Positions 9,618 to 18,669 of a stretch of 64,000 nt of DNA are shown here, piece by piece. A model generated the notes under the pieces. That model worked only from the letters and a program-made list of their open reading frames with translations. It searched no databases and was not told the origin of the DNA. The position numbers and the translations under genes are program-made. Source of the DNA: Omnitrophica bacterium GWA2_41_15 (GTDB lineage: Bacteria > Omnitrophota > Gorgyraeia > Gygaellales > UBA12090); assembly GCA_919902675.1 (NCBI GenBank), contig CAKKRH010000010.1, positions 38,614 through 102,613 of the forward strand, in the 5' to 3' direction. How positions within the stretch are numbered: the stretch's first letter is position 1; every line of letters starts with the position of its first letter.

Positions 9618-10067
9618 TCACTTCCAGTTGGTGACATCATCCTCAGTTCCTTCTATACCGTCTTTGCTTTTAGAGGAAAGATCATAGCTGTCGGTATTAT
9701 GCTCTCCGGGAGATTTATACACATAGTAATTATCCCAGGGGTCCTTGGCCTCCTTTTTTATATACGGGCCGTTCCAGTTCTTCGGCACGGGGTCTCCCGT
9801 AGGTTTAGCGCGCAAGGCGGCCAAACCCTGCTCAGTGGTAGGGAATTTGCCGTTATCTATCTCATACATTTCAAGGGCTGAGGATATGTTGGCCTCAATA
9901 TCGGCCTGAGCAACTGATTTTTTTGCCTGCTCCGACTTTCCCACCAATTTCGGCATAACCATGCTGGCTAAGATGCCTATGATAACCACCACCAGCATCA
10001 GCTCAATCAAGGTAAAACCTTGCTCCGTTATTTGTGATTTGTGATTTGTGATTTGTGATACCGTCAT
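9618..10067 (-). CDS. gspG: Major pseudopilin GspG
   Basis: QG|FTLIELMLVVVIIGILA followed by DPWDNYYVYKSPGEHNTDSYDLSSKSKDG, which closely matches the GspG/PulG signature. GGAGGA RBS upstream of the ATG. Confidence 0.85.
   Translation of the reverse strand: MTVSQITNHKSQITEQGFTLIELMLVVVIIGILASMVMPKLVGKSEQAKKSVAQADIEANISSALEMYEIDNGKFPTTEQGLAALRAKPTGDPVPKNWNGPYIKKEAKDPWDNYYVYKSPGEHNTDSYDLSSKSKDGIEGTEDDVTNWK
10031..10058 (-). repeat. Perfect heptanucleotide tandem repeat (TTTGTGA)x4 on the plus strand (TCACAAA x4 on the coding strand) inside the gspG leader-peptide codons
   Basis: Read directly; encodes SQITNHKSQIT. A degenerate copy (TTGTGAC TTGTGGT TTGTGAT TTGTGAT) lies at 8667-8694 at the gspJ 5' end. 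Confidence 0.9.
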
Positions 10068-10152
10068 CCTATCCTCCTTCTGATATTACGCCTTTTCGCT
10101 TTTGTTTTTAAGTTGTCCTTTATCGTTACTACACTGTAAAATAAATTTTTGA

Positions 10153-10334
10153 TAATAGAACAATAGAAAATAGACCGCAATTGAGCTTTTTTCTTGTCTA
10201 TTGTTCTATTGTCGATTGCTCAATTGCTCTAGTACATTGTTACAAAAGTTTTTGAACAATTGAACAATAGAAAATAGACCGCAATTGAGCTTTTGTTTGT
10301 CTATTGTTCTATTACTCTATTGCTCAATTGCTCT
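10153..10334. repeat. Two tandem copies of an approximately 80-bp unit (10153-10230 and 10253-10334), each with internal dyad symmetry (GCAATTGAGC/GCTCAATTGC and GAACAATAGAAAATAGAC/GTCTATTGTTCTATTG)
   Basis: Read directly in the 300-bp gspF-gspG intergenic region, which should hold the gspG promoter. Confidence 0.8.
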
Positions 10335-10370
10335 GCGCGCTGTCTATTAAAAACTTTTCTGACAGCGCGC
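10335..10370 (-). terminator. GC-rich hairpin GCGCGCTGTC-N16-GACAGCGCGC abutting the gspF stop codon. No clear U-tract; possible attenuator or mRNA-stability element
   Basis: Perfect 10-bp inverted repeat read directly; overlaps the gspF TAG by 1 nt. Confidence 0.3.
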
Positions 10371-11578
10371 TACCTGGTTATCAGATTTATCTGAAAAATT
10401 GGAAGCAGCATCGCGGTTACGATAAAACCTACTACTAAACCCATCACCAATATAATCACCGGCTCAAGAAGGCTGGTTAAGGCGCGCGTAAGACGGCCCA
10501 ATTCCTCTTCGTAAGAAACCGCTATTCTCTTTAATGACTTCTCGAGCGTTCCGGCCTCCTCTCCCACATTTATGATGCTGACGACATATTCCGGGAAATA
10601 AACGGACTTTTTCGCCGACTGCGACAGGCTCGCGCCGTCCTTGATCTGGGAGGCGATGCCCTTGATTTCCGACTTTATGACGTTATTGACAATCGTATTA
10701 TTGACTACATCCAAGGCCACCATAATCGATACCCCTGATTCCATAAGCAAAGAAAGTATCCGCGCGAAATGCGCCATTTCTGATTTCAGGATTATCTTTC
10801 CGGCTAAAGGGATGCCCAACAAAAGCTTATCCCAGAAATATTTTTCACTCTGGCTCTTTTCCTGCTTGATTATAAAAAATACGGCTCCCGAAAAAAGCAG
10901 CAATAGCCACCAATAATTACGCAGGACCGAAGACAGGTTTATCAAAAGTTGGGTGGGAAGCGGCAGGGCCTCTCCGGCCTCCTCAAACATCGAGGTAAGC
11001 TGGGGAACCGCGTAGACAAGCAGCGCGTATATGGTAACAAACCCAACGCCGACGATTAAAGCCGGATAGGTAAGCGCCGAGAGGATATCTGAGCGCGTCC
11101 TTTCTTCCTGCTCGCTAAAATCTGCCAGGCGGGTCAGGACGGTTTCCAACGACCCGCTGATTTCTCCGGCCTTGACTACGGCGCAATAATACTGAGAGAA
11201 CTGTCCGGAATGCGCGCTTAAAGCATCGGAAAAGGTTGAGCCGTCTTTTATCCTTTCTCCGATATCAAAAAGAATATTCTTTAAAACCGGATTGCCGGCT
11301 TGCTTAATGATAATATTCAAGGCCTGGGCTATGGTCAATCCAGATTCAATTAAATTAGAAAATTGGCGGGTGAATATCGTCAAATCCTTAAGTCGCACCC
11401 GTTTCACGGAAAAAACTCCCATACCAGCGGATTTTTCGTCGCTTACCTCTTCGATGCTTATCGGAAAAAGCCCTTTTCCCTCAATAATAGCCGCTACCTG
11501 GGAGCGCCCCTTTGCATCTACGATTCCGAAAACTTTTTCCTGAGGCCCTTTCTTCGCGCTATACGTGAATTTTGGCAT
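10370..11578 (-). CDS. gspF: T2SS inner-membrane platform protein GspF
   Basis: 402 aa, two repeated GspF-type cytoplasmic domains plus 3 TM segments, typical GspF/PilC layout. Confidence 0.85.
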   Translation of the reverse strand: MPKFTYSAKKGPQEKVFGIVDAKGRSQVAAIIEGKGLFPISIEEVSDEKSAGMGVFSVKRVRLKDLTIFTRQFSNLIESGLTIAQALNIIIKQAGNPVLKNILFDIGERIKDGSTFSDALSAHSGQFSQYYCAVVKAGEISGSLETVLTRLADFSEQEERTRSDILSALTYPALIVGVGFVTIYALLVYAVPQLTSMFEEAGEALPLPTQLLINLSSVLRNYWWLLLLFSGAVFFIIKQEKSQSEKYFWDKLLLGIPLAGKIILKSEMAHFARILSLLMESGVSIMVALDVVNNTIVNNVIKSEIKGIASQIKDGASLSQSAKKSVYFPEYVVSIINVGEEAGTLEKSLKRIAVSYEEELGRLTRALTSLLEPVIILVMGLVVGFIVTAMLLPIFQINLITR

Positions 11579-11587
11579 ATACGTCTG

Positions 11588-13297
11588 TTATTCTACAAGC
11601 TCTTCCTGCTGGGTAACCCGCATCACTTCTTCTACGGTAGTTATGCCGTTTAAAATCTTTTCCCATCCGTCCTGGCGCAGGGTGCGCATGCCTAACTCTA
11701 TGGCTTTTTTCTTGATCTGCTGGCTGGAAGCCCGATCAATGACCATCTCCCTTAAAATATTATTCATCACAATAACCTCATGAATACCCGTCCTGCCCCT
11801 GTAGCCGCTGAATTTACAGGCCGGGCATCCTTTACCCTTAAAAACTTCTACACTATCTGAGGAATCGGGAATGTTAAAATTTTTCAGAACTTCTTTTGTT
11901 ACCCTGGCGGAAGTCTTACAACCGGGGCAGATCAAACGCACCAGCCTCTGGGCAATCAGGCATTCCAGGGAAGAAGAAACCAGAAACGGCTCAACCCCCA
12001 TATCCAAAAGACGGGTAATCGCCCCGGCGGCATCGTTGGTATGGAGGGTGGAAAGTACCAAATGTCCGGTTAAGCTGGCCCGTATGGCCACCTCCGCGGT
12101 CTCGTAATCTCGCACCTCTCCTACCATTATCACATCCGGGTCATGGCGCAGGATAGAGCGCAGGCCGGTGGCGAACGTTAGGCCTATCTTAGGAACAACC
12201 TGAATCTGCATAATGCCACGCAGCTGATACTCAACCGGGTCTTCCACGGTGATTATCTTTATACTCGTAGAATTAATCTGCGCTAAAGAGGCATAAAGCG
12301 TGGTAGATTTTCCCGCGCCGGTAGGCCCGGTAACAAAGATTATTCCGTGCGGTTTTTTAATTACCTGCTTTATCTTCTTTAAGTCATCATCGGCAAAACC
12401 CAGTTTTTCCAGCTCCAGAAAAAATACCGAGCTAAGCACCCGGATATGAACCGATTCGCCGAAAGATGTGGGGATGATCGAGACACGCAAATCAAGCTCA
12501 CTGTCCTGCAGTTTTACCTTCATCCTTCCGTCCTGGGGCAGACGGCGCTCGGCGATATTAAGATTTGACATAATCTTTACTCTGGACACGATAGCCTGAT
12601 GGAAATATTTTATAGTTGGAGGAATCGGAGTTTCATACATGATACCGTCAACCCTCATCCTCACCCTCAATTCATTCTCAAAAGGCTCGATGTGAATATC
12701 CGAGGCTCGTTCAGCCAGGGCCTGGGCCATCAGCTGGTTGACGAATTTTATGATCGAGGCATCCTCAGCCATGGTTTCCAGGTCTTCAGCTTTTTCAGCC
12801 TTTGCCGATAAGGCCGCCTGAGGATTTTTCTCGCTGACGATCTGCTCCAACGTATCCGCACCCACCCCGTAATACCTGCGTATAGCCTCTAAGATATCCT
12901 TTTCTCCTGCTAGGACCGGCTTAATATCAAAACCTAAAAGCAGCTTAAGATCGTCAAGGGTATGGACATCAAGGGGGTCGGTAACCGCCAGGGATATAGC
13001 GTTATCTTCCAGCAATATTGGTATGAGCTTATAGTGAGTGGCGAATTTCGCGGGAACCTTGGAAATCACCTTAGAATCTATATTCAACGCCTTTATTTTA
13101 ACAAACGGCATATTTAGGTGCCGTGCCAAAATCGGCAGGACTGCATCTTCCTGCAACAAGCCCATTTCAATCAATGTCGTGCATATAAATTTGCCTGATT
13201 TTTTCTGTTCTTTTAAGCCCTTTTCCAAATCTTCGGCACTTATAATCCCCGCGTCCATCAGTATCTGGCCTATCTGTAGATTGTTTTTGGTAGTCAT
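11588..13297 (-). CDS. gspE: T2SS ATPase GspE
   Basis: Walker A GPTGAGKST, N-terminal GSPII_E_N-like domain, tetracysteine CPGC...CPAC zinc motif, 569 aa. Confidence 0.9.
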   Translation of the reverse strand: MTTKNNLQIGQILMDAGIISAEDLEKGLKEQKKSGKFICTTLIEMGLLQEDAVLPILARHLNMPFVKIKALNIDSKVISKVPAKFATHYKLIPILLEDNAISLAVTDPLDVHTLDDLKLLLGFDIKPVLAGEKDILEAIRRYYGVGADTLEQIVSEKNPQAALSAKAEKAEDLETMAEDASIIKFVNQLMAQALAERASDIHIEPFENELRVRMRVDGIMYETPIPPTIKYFHQAIVSRVKIMSNLNIAERRLPQDGRMKVKLQDSELDLRVSIIPTSFGESVHIRVLSSVFFLELEKLGFADDDLKKIKQVIKKPHGIIFVTGPTGAGKSTTLYASLAQINSTSIKIITVEDPVEYQLRGIMQIQVVPKIGLTFATGLRSILRHDPDVIMVGEVRDYETAEVAIRASLTGHLVLSTLHTNDAAGAITRLLDMGVEPFLVSSSLECLIAQRLVRLICPGCKTSARVTKEVLKNFNIPDSSDSVEVFKGKGCPACKFSGYRGRTGIHEVIVMNNILREMVIDRASSQQIKKKAIELGMRTLRQDGWEKILNGITTVEEVMRVTQQEELVE

Positions 13298-13459
13298 AAA
13301 TTCAACTCCTTTTACACATAATCGCCGCTAATTCCCCGACCTTCCGCCTGAGCCGTCATTGGCGGGGATAAATAGAGAGACGCGCCGGGATTAAGCGATT
13401 CAACCCGGAATTTGCAATAGTAATGGCATTCGCCGCCAAACAAGGGCGCATCTTCGTCA

Positions 13460-13502
13460 GAAAAAAGCGCTTACATACTAAAAGTATGCGCGCACTTTTT
13501 TC
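13460..13502. terminator. Bidirectional rho-independent terminator-like hairpin (A6-GCGCTTACATACT-aaa-AGTATGCGCGC-T6)
   Basis: Inverted repeat flanked by A6 and T6 runs, read directly. It separates the GT2 gene from the gspE promoter region. Confidence 0.5.
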
Positions 13503-13562
13503 TGCCAAATCTACACCCTTCTTTGGCGTCTCGGTGCCGCATTCCTATTGCAAAATCCGGGT

Positions 13563-14276
13563 TTAACGGCAAAAACTGATATAAGGCAGGATAAATCTTA
13601 TAAATCTGAAAGCATCCAAGAGCGGATTTATCCTGCTAGAATGATTTTTATACACCGAGGCTATAGGGATGCTGATTACTCTGGCTCCGAAAGCGGCCGC
13701 CTTAATAATCACTTCGCTCTCTATCTCAAACTTATTGCTGGTTAATTCCAGTTTGCCCAACAGGCGAGCCCTGATTAAACGAAAGCCGTTTTGGGTATCG
13801 GGAATACTCTGCCCGCACATCCGGGAAATTAAGCCAGACATAATTATGTTGGTCAGGCGCCGAATCCGCGGCATCCCTATCGGATGTCTCATCCTGTTAC
13901 CGACTATGATATCCGCCTCAGGGCTAAGCGACTCTACTTTGAGAAAATTTTCGATATCCGGCGGCAAATGCTGTCCGTCACCGTCCATGGCGATAACCGT
14001 TTCATACCCATGGCTTAAGGCATAATCAAAACCTTTCCTTAAACTGGCGCCTTTACCGAGATTACGGTTATTTCTTATAACTTTTACTTTATATTTAAAG
14101 GCGGCCTCGCTGGTTGTGTCCGTTGAGCCGTCGTCGACCACTACCACATCCACAGGTTTAGATTTAAGCTGGATCAAAATGTCATCCAGGACATGCGCCA
14201 CATTATAACAAGGAATAACCACGCAAATCTTATTTACAGAGTTGCGATTGCTCATTTTTTTAGTTAATCCAGCCAA
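13563..14276 (-). CDS. Family-2 glycosyltransferase (polyprenol-phosphate sugar transferase / DPM1-like)
   Basis: VVIPCYN...VVVVDDGSTDTT...AMDGDGQH motifs of GT2_2, 237 aa. Confidence 0.75.
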   Translation of the reverse strand: MAGLTKKMSNRNSVNKICVVIPCYNVAHVLDDILIQLKSKPVDVVVVDDGSTDTTSEAAFKYKVKVIRNNRNLGKGASLRKGFDYALSHGYETVIAMDGDGQHLPPDIENFLKVESLSPEADIIVGNRMRHPIGMPRIRRLTNIIMSGLISRMCGQSIPDTQNGFRLIRARLLGKLELTSNKFEIESEVIIKAAAFGARVISIPIASVYKNHSSRINPLLDAFRFIRFILPYISFCR

Positions 14277-15121
14277 AACTTACGGAACATATACCATTGC
14301 TCGGGATATTTTCTGATACAATCTTCTATTTGCCTTAAGTAAATTCCGGTAACCGCGCGGATATCTTTTTCGTAATCGCCTGAGGGCTCAAATTCTAGCG
14401 GCGGGCTAAAAGAAAGACGGATTCTTCCGGAAGGCTCCCGCACGGTAAAACCGGGCACAATCGGGGTTTTATTCCTAAGGTAAAAAACTGCCGGCCCTTT
14501 AGGGATTAAACTCGGGCGGCCGAAAAAATCCACCACTATCCCCCCTTGAGTAAAATCACGGTCTCCTAAGATGCAGACTATCTCATTGCGGCTAAAGGCC
14601 TCCAGGCACTTCTTAACCGCCACCCCCAGAGGTATCACTTTTATATTCTTGGATTCCCTGTTACGGTTAAAAAAATCCTCCGCCTTTTTATGTTTGTGGG
14701 TCAGGGTAACCGCGTTCATCGGATAACCCAAGAGCCCCATAGCCATTCCCCCCAGTTCCCAGTTACCGACATGGGCGCTCAAGATAATCGCTCCCCTGCC
14801 CAAGGAAAGCGCCTTATCTATATTCTCTCTTCCTTCAACCGCGACATTTTTTCTAAAAAAACCGGGGCCTGACTTCCGGGATTTAAAAAAAACGGTTAAA
14901 TACCGGCCGAAATTTATGAATACGCCTCTGGTGTATCTTTCTAAAAGCCGTCTATCTATATCCGGAAATATCACCCTGAGGTTATTTCTCACTGAGGTTC
15001 TATCCGCGGATGAGAGAAGGTATTGAAAGGTTGAGATTATCCTGGCTAAAAAAAAATCAAGCTTAAACGGCAGATAGAGGGTTAAAAATTCTCCTACGCG
15101 GTAGAGGATGTAGTTAAACAT
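14264..15121 (-). CDS. Lipid A-type lysophospholipid/lauroyl acyltransferase (HtrB/LpxL family)
   Basis: HVGNWE motif (HxxxxE/D of the LPLAT family), about 285 aa. Confidence 0.7.
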   Translation of the reverse strand: MFNYILYRVGEFLTLYLPFKLDFFLARIISTFQYLLSSADRTSVRNNLRVIFPDIDRRLLERYTRGVFINFGRYLTVFFKSRKSGPGFFRKNVAVEGRENIDKALSLGRGAIILSAHVGNWELGGMAMGLLGYPMNAVTLTHKHKKAEDFFNRNRESKNIKVIPLGVAVKKCLEAFSRNEIVCILGDRDFTQGGIVVDFFGRPSLIPKGPAVFYLRNKTPIVPGFTVREPSGRIRLSFSPPLEFEPSGDYEKDIRAVTGIYLRQIEDCIRKYPEQWYMFRKFWLD

Positions 15122-16233
15122 AACTCCAGGATTAATTTTCCTATGTCTAAGCTGGCATAAGGCTTGCTGATTTTAAGCGCCGCTTCGCGCATCGCCTTAA
15201 GCATTGAAGGGTTAGAAAGCAGGTCCTGCAGGAATTGCAAAATAAGCTTATCATCGGTTATCTTAACTGCGGCCCCCTTATTCAGGAAGTAGGTAGTATT
15301 TATTTCCTCTTGCCCGGGCAGGGGCTTAATGATTACCATAGGTAAGCCCTTGCAAAAGGCCTCAGCCGTGGTCAGGCCGCCGGCCTTAGTGATAATAATA
15401 TTGGCTATCTCCATCAATTCATCAATATTATTAATGAATCCATAGAGGAATATCTTCTTGGAATAGGATTTGGCCTTGCGCTCTAATTTGCGGTATAGCT
15501 TTTTATTGCTTCCGGCTACTACCGCCAGCTGGGAATTTATCCTCATCTTCTTAAAGGCCGAGACTATCTTATTCAAAGGCCCTAAGCCCTGTCCGCCGCC
15601 CATAGCCAAAATAATCGGCCGGCTAGGGTTTAAACCGAATTTTTTGACTAACTCCTCCCTATTATGCTTTAGGGAGAATTTTGGACTGATAGGAATCCCG
15701 TAAACCCTGATTTTATCAGAAGGCACCCCTTTGCGGATAAACCTATCCTTAACCTCTTCGCTGGGGGCGATATAATAATCCACCGTATCGTATATCCAGT
15801 AAGAGTGCGGGGCGTAATCGGTCAAAACCCCGACCAGAGGAATAGAGCTATTATATCTTTTCTTAAAGTCCGCGGCCATTCCACAGGGAAAGGCCTGGGA
15901 GCAAACTACCGCGTCAGGCCTGAACTCATCAAAAAGCCTTTTAAATTTCGGTGAATTGTGCTTATGGATCGCATCTTTTATTTTTTGGGTGCTTTCTATT
16001 ACTGAGGGATTATCATACAAATAATCCCAGATGCCGGGGGTGCGCTTGATTACTCCCAGATAAAGGCGGTTGACTATCTTTTCGGTAAAGGGATTGGTAT
16101 AATTAAAGGCGTTGAGATTCAATATCTCAACATCGGGGCGCAGGATTCTAAGGGCGCTCTCAATGGCGATAGTGGCCTGATGATGGCCAGAGACCTCAGA
16201 GATGTAAAGCAGCAAGACCCGCAATTTTGCCAT
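15094..16233 (-). CDS. MGDG-synthase-like (GT28) glycosyltransferase, UgtP/diacylglycerol glycosyltransferase-like
   Basis: N-terminal VLLLYISEVSGHHQATIAIESAL (MGDG_synth N-terminal pattern) and a C-terminal GT-B half. Confidence 0.6.
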   Translation of the reverse strand: MAKLRVLLLYISEVSGHHQATIAIESALRILRPDVEILNLNAFNYTNPFTEKIVNRLYLGVIKRTPGIWDYLYDNPSVIESTQKIKDAIHKHNSPKFKRLFDEFRPDAVVCSQAFPCGMAADFKKRYNSSIPLVGVLTDYAPHSYWIYDTVDYYIAPSEEVKDRFIRKGVPSDKIRVYGIPISPKFSLKHNREELVKKFGLNPSRPIILAMGGGQGLGPLNKIVSAFKKMRINSQLAVVAGSNKKLYRKLERKAKSYSKKIFLYGFINNIDELMEIANIIITKAGGLTTAEAFCKGLPMVIIKPLPGQEEINTTYFLNKGAAVKITDDKLILQFLQDLLSNPSMLKAMREAALKISKPYASLDIGKLILELCLTTSSTA

Positions 16234-16287
16234 GCAGTAATAATAGCATAAATGTTATTTTGTGGCAAGCCAAAAGCGATTGACCGG

Positions 16288-17805
16288 CTAATTCGGTTTT
16301 TTCTTGGCCTTGCCTTCTATGCCGGTCAGAAGCTTCTTAAAAATGAAATGATGAAAAGGCAGGCAGGCATACCAATAAATCTTTCCCAGCAAAGACTGGG
16401 TATTGTAATAAGCGATTACCGAGAGCTTACTCTTCATTCCTTCTTCCTTAACATTAAACTCAAGCCAGGCCCGGCCGGGAATCTTCATTTCGGCCCTCAG
16501 AAGCAGGCGCTTATTCTCCTGAATTTCCTCCACCCGAAAAAAATCCACCACATCATTTGTTTTGAGATGGGAATAACTCTTCCTGCCCCTGATAATACCC
16601 ACTCCCAAAATGACCCGGTCAATAGTACCCCTTAGCCTCCATAGCCAATTATAGTAAAACCACCCTCTCCTGCCCCCAATCCTGCAAAAAGAGCGAAAGA
16701 GCTTGTCAGCCTCTTTTTCCGTAACTAAAGAATAACTAACGCTGTAAGTAACCGGTTTTTTGACTTCGTATAGCTTTAAGGCCAGATCGTAATAGGGATG
16801 ATAGGCGTCAGACCAGCGAGTAGAAACCCGGTCTTGCTCTTCGCGGGAAAGGGCGCGTACAATCTGCTCTTGGTAAGAAAGGGGTTCAAATCTTAGATAA
16901 TCTTTGATAGAGTTATCATAACAGATAACCTCGTTTTTTAACCCCTCCATAAGACAGCGGCTGATACTGTGGGGAACCGGGGTAAGCAGGCTGGCAAAAT
17001 AGGCGTAGACTTTAAGCGGAATAAAAGGAAAATCGAAAAAGACGGTCTTTTTTCTGAGCAGATGCGTAAAAACCCTAAGCATTTCTTCATAGGTTAAAAC
17101 ATCTTTACCTCCGATGTCAAAACTTCTCCCCAGGGTCTGGGGGGTTTCTAAAGCCCCTACCAGATATTTAATCACATCGCGCACCCCGATAGGCTGGCAT
17201 TTCTTTTTCGCCCAGGAGGGAATAAGGATAAGCGGAAGTTTTATTACCAGATGTTTAATGATCTCATAAGAGGCGCTTCCTGAGCCGATGATTACCGCCG
17301 CCCTGAGCGCCGTAACCGGGACATTGCCTTGCTTGAGTTCTCTGGCTACTTCCGCGCGGCTGCGCAGATGCGAGGAAAGCCGGCTGCGCACATCACCCAG
17401 GCCACCAAGATAGATGATTCTCTTAACCCCCTGCTCCTGGGCGGCCTCGCGAAAATTACTAGCGGCTAATATGTCCGCCTTTTTAAATTCTTTCGGCCCA
17501 AGATGCAGGGAGTGAATTAAATAATAAGCGGTGTCGATGCCGGAAAGGGCACAGCGCATCTCCTCTTTGCTTAAGGCATCGGAGCGGACTATCTGGGCCT
17601 GAGGCCAGATACTTTTATAGGTTAAGGGATCTCCCCTAACCATGGCCCTTACCTTATAGCCACGATGCAGAAGTTCAGGAACCAATCTCCCGCCGATATA
17701 ACCGGAAGCCCCGCCGACTAAGATTATTCCGGTATCAGGTAAAGGCGCTGAAGGCAAATCATCGCAGAACATATCACTAAGTTGCGCCTGTTCATCTATC
17801 CGCAT
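16288..17805 (-). CDS. NAD(P)-binding atypical SDR (NmrA-like) with C-terminal DUF2867-like domain
   Basis: ILVGGASGYIGGRLV Rossmann motif; C-terminal GWFYYNWLWRLRG region, 505 aa. Confidence 0.7.
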   Translation of the reverse strand: MRIDEQAQLSDMFCDDLPSAPLPDTGIILVGGASGYIGGRLVPELLHRGYKVRAMVRGDPLTYKSIWPQAQIVRSDALSKEEMRCALSGIDTAYYLIHSLHLGPKEFKKADILAASNFREAAQEQGVKRIIYLGGLGDVRSRLSSHLRSRAEVARELKQGNVPVTALRAAVIIGSGSASYEIIKHLVIKLPLILIPSWAKKKCQPIGVRDVIKYLVGALETPQTLGRSFDIGGKDVLTYEEMLRVFTHLLRKKTVFFDFPFIPLKVYAYFASLLTPVPHSISRCLMEGLKNEVICYDNSIKDYLRFEPLSYQEQIVRALSREEQDRVSTRWSDAYHPYYDLALKLYEVKKPVTYSVSYSLVTEKEADKLFRSFCRIGGRRGWFYYNWLWRLRGTIDRVILGVGIIRGRKSYSHLKTNDVVDFFRVEEIQENKRLLLRAEMKIPGRAWLEFNVKEEGMKSKLSVIAYYNTQSLLGKIYWYACLPFHHFIFKKLLTGIEGKAKKKPN

Positions 17806-17833
17806 AGCTATCTGCCTTATAATTTATCCCTAA

Positions 17834-18340
17834 CTATCCGCGTTGAATAACTATTTTATCCGAGGTAATCTTCGCGTTCGGGACTATGACGGTTTTTTTG
17901 TCCTTAGTCTCTATGATAGTGCTAAAGATTTGTATTTCTTTCACCACACCGCTTGCCCCGCCGGCGTCCACCTCGTCTCCGACCTTAAATGGTTGAAAAA
18001 AAATCAACATCACCCCAGCGGCAAAATTTGATAACGCGCCTTGCCAGGCCAGGCCCACGGCCAAACCGGCCGCTCCGATTATCGCCACAAACGAGGTAGT
18101 CTCAATACCGATTTTATTCAAAGCGGCTATAGCAACAAAGGTAAGCAGAGCGTAATACACAATATTTTTCATAAAAGATACCAGGGTTTCATTCATTTTT
18201 GCCCGGACCATAGCCGCGCCGGAAATCTTAGAAATCATCCGGGCGCACAATTTTCCCACAACAAAAATAAGAAGAGCATACACAAAAGACACCCCATACC
18301 GCGTTAAATACCCAATAACCGCATCCCATATATCCCCCAC
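17834..18340 (-). CDS. Small-conductance mechanosensitive channel (MscS family, short form)
   Basis: GLAWQGALSNFAAGVMLIFFQPFKVGDEV...VIVPN pattern of MscS TM3 and beta-domain. Confidence 0.7.
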   Translation of the reverse strand: MGDIWDAVIGYLTRYGVSFVYALLIFVVGKLCARMISKISGAAMVRAKMNETLVSFMKNIVYYALLTFVAIAALNKIGIETTSFVAIIGAAGLAVGLAWQGALSNFAAGVMLIFFQPFKVGDEVDAGGASGVVKEIQIFSTIIETKDKKTVIVPNAKITSDKIVIQRG

Positions 18341-18373
18341 CCAGCCCTCCTTTTTTTAATAAGCGCTACTTAT

Positions 18374-18664
18374 TCATTTTGAAAGAATATATAAAAGTTT
18401 CGCGAGATATAAACCAAGGGTGATTATTGCCGCGCCAATAATTCCCAACATAATTCTAGCCCCTTTATCCTTGGCTATTCTATACCCTAACGCGCACAAC
18501 ACTTTAATTATTAACGCGCGAGCTTCCGCGTCGCGTGCTTCTCTGAACATCCTAAGTTTGTTCTTATCAAAAAATAACGCCGCGAAAATAAACCAAATTC
18601 CTGAACCTATAAGTGAAAGTATAACCAGAAAAGATACAATCAGGCCTGTTGTTTTATTTTGCAT
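18374..18664 (-). CDS. Small hypothetical membrane protein (2-3 TM)
   Basis: ORF with hydrophobic segments only. Confidence 0.35.
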   Translation of the reverse strand: MQNKTTGLIVSFLVILSLIGSGIWFIFAALFFDKNKLRMFREARDAEARALIIKVLCALGYRIAKDKGARIMLGIIGAAIITLGLYLAKLLYILSK

Positions 18665-18669
18665 TTTTT

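Noticed and set aside
10150-10340. Possible CRISPR array in the gspF-gspG spacer
   Set aside because: Only two copies of an approximately 80-bp unit, each internally palindromic, with no regular repeat-spacer periodicity and no cas genes. It is a tandem duplication, not CRISPR.
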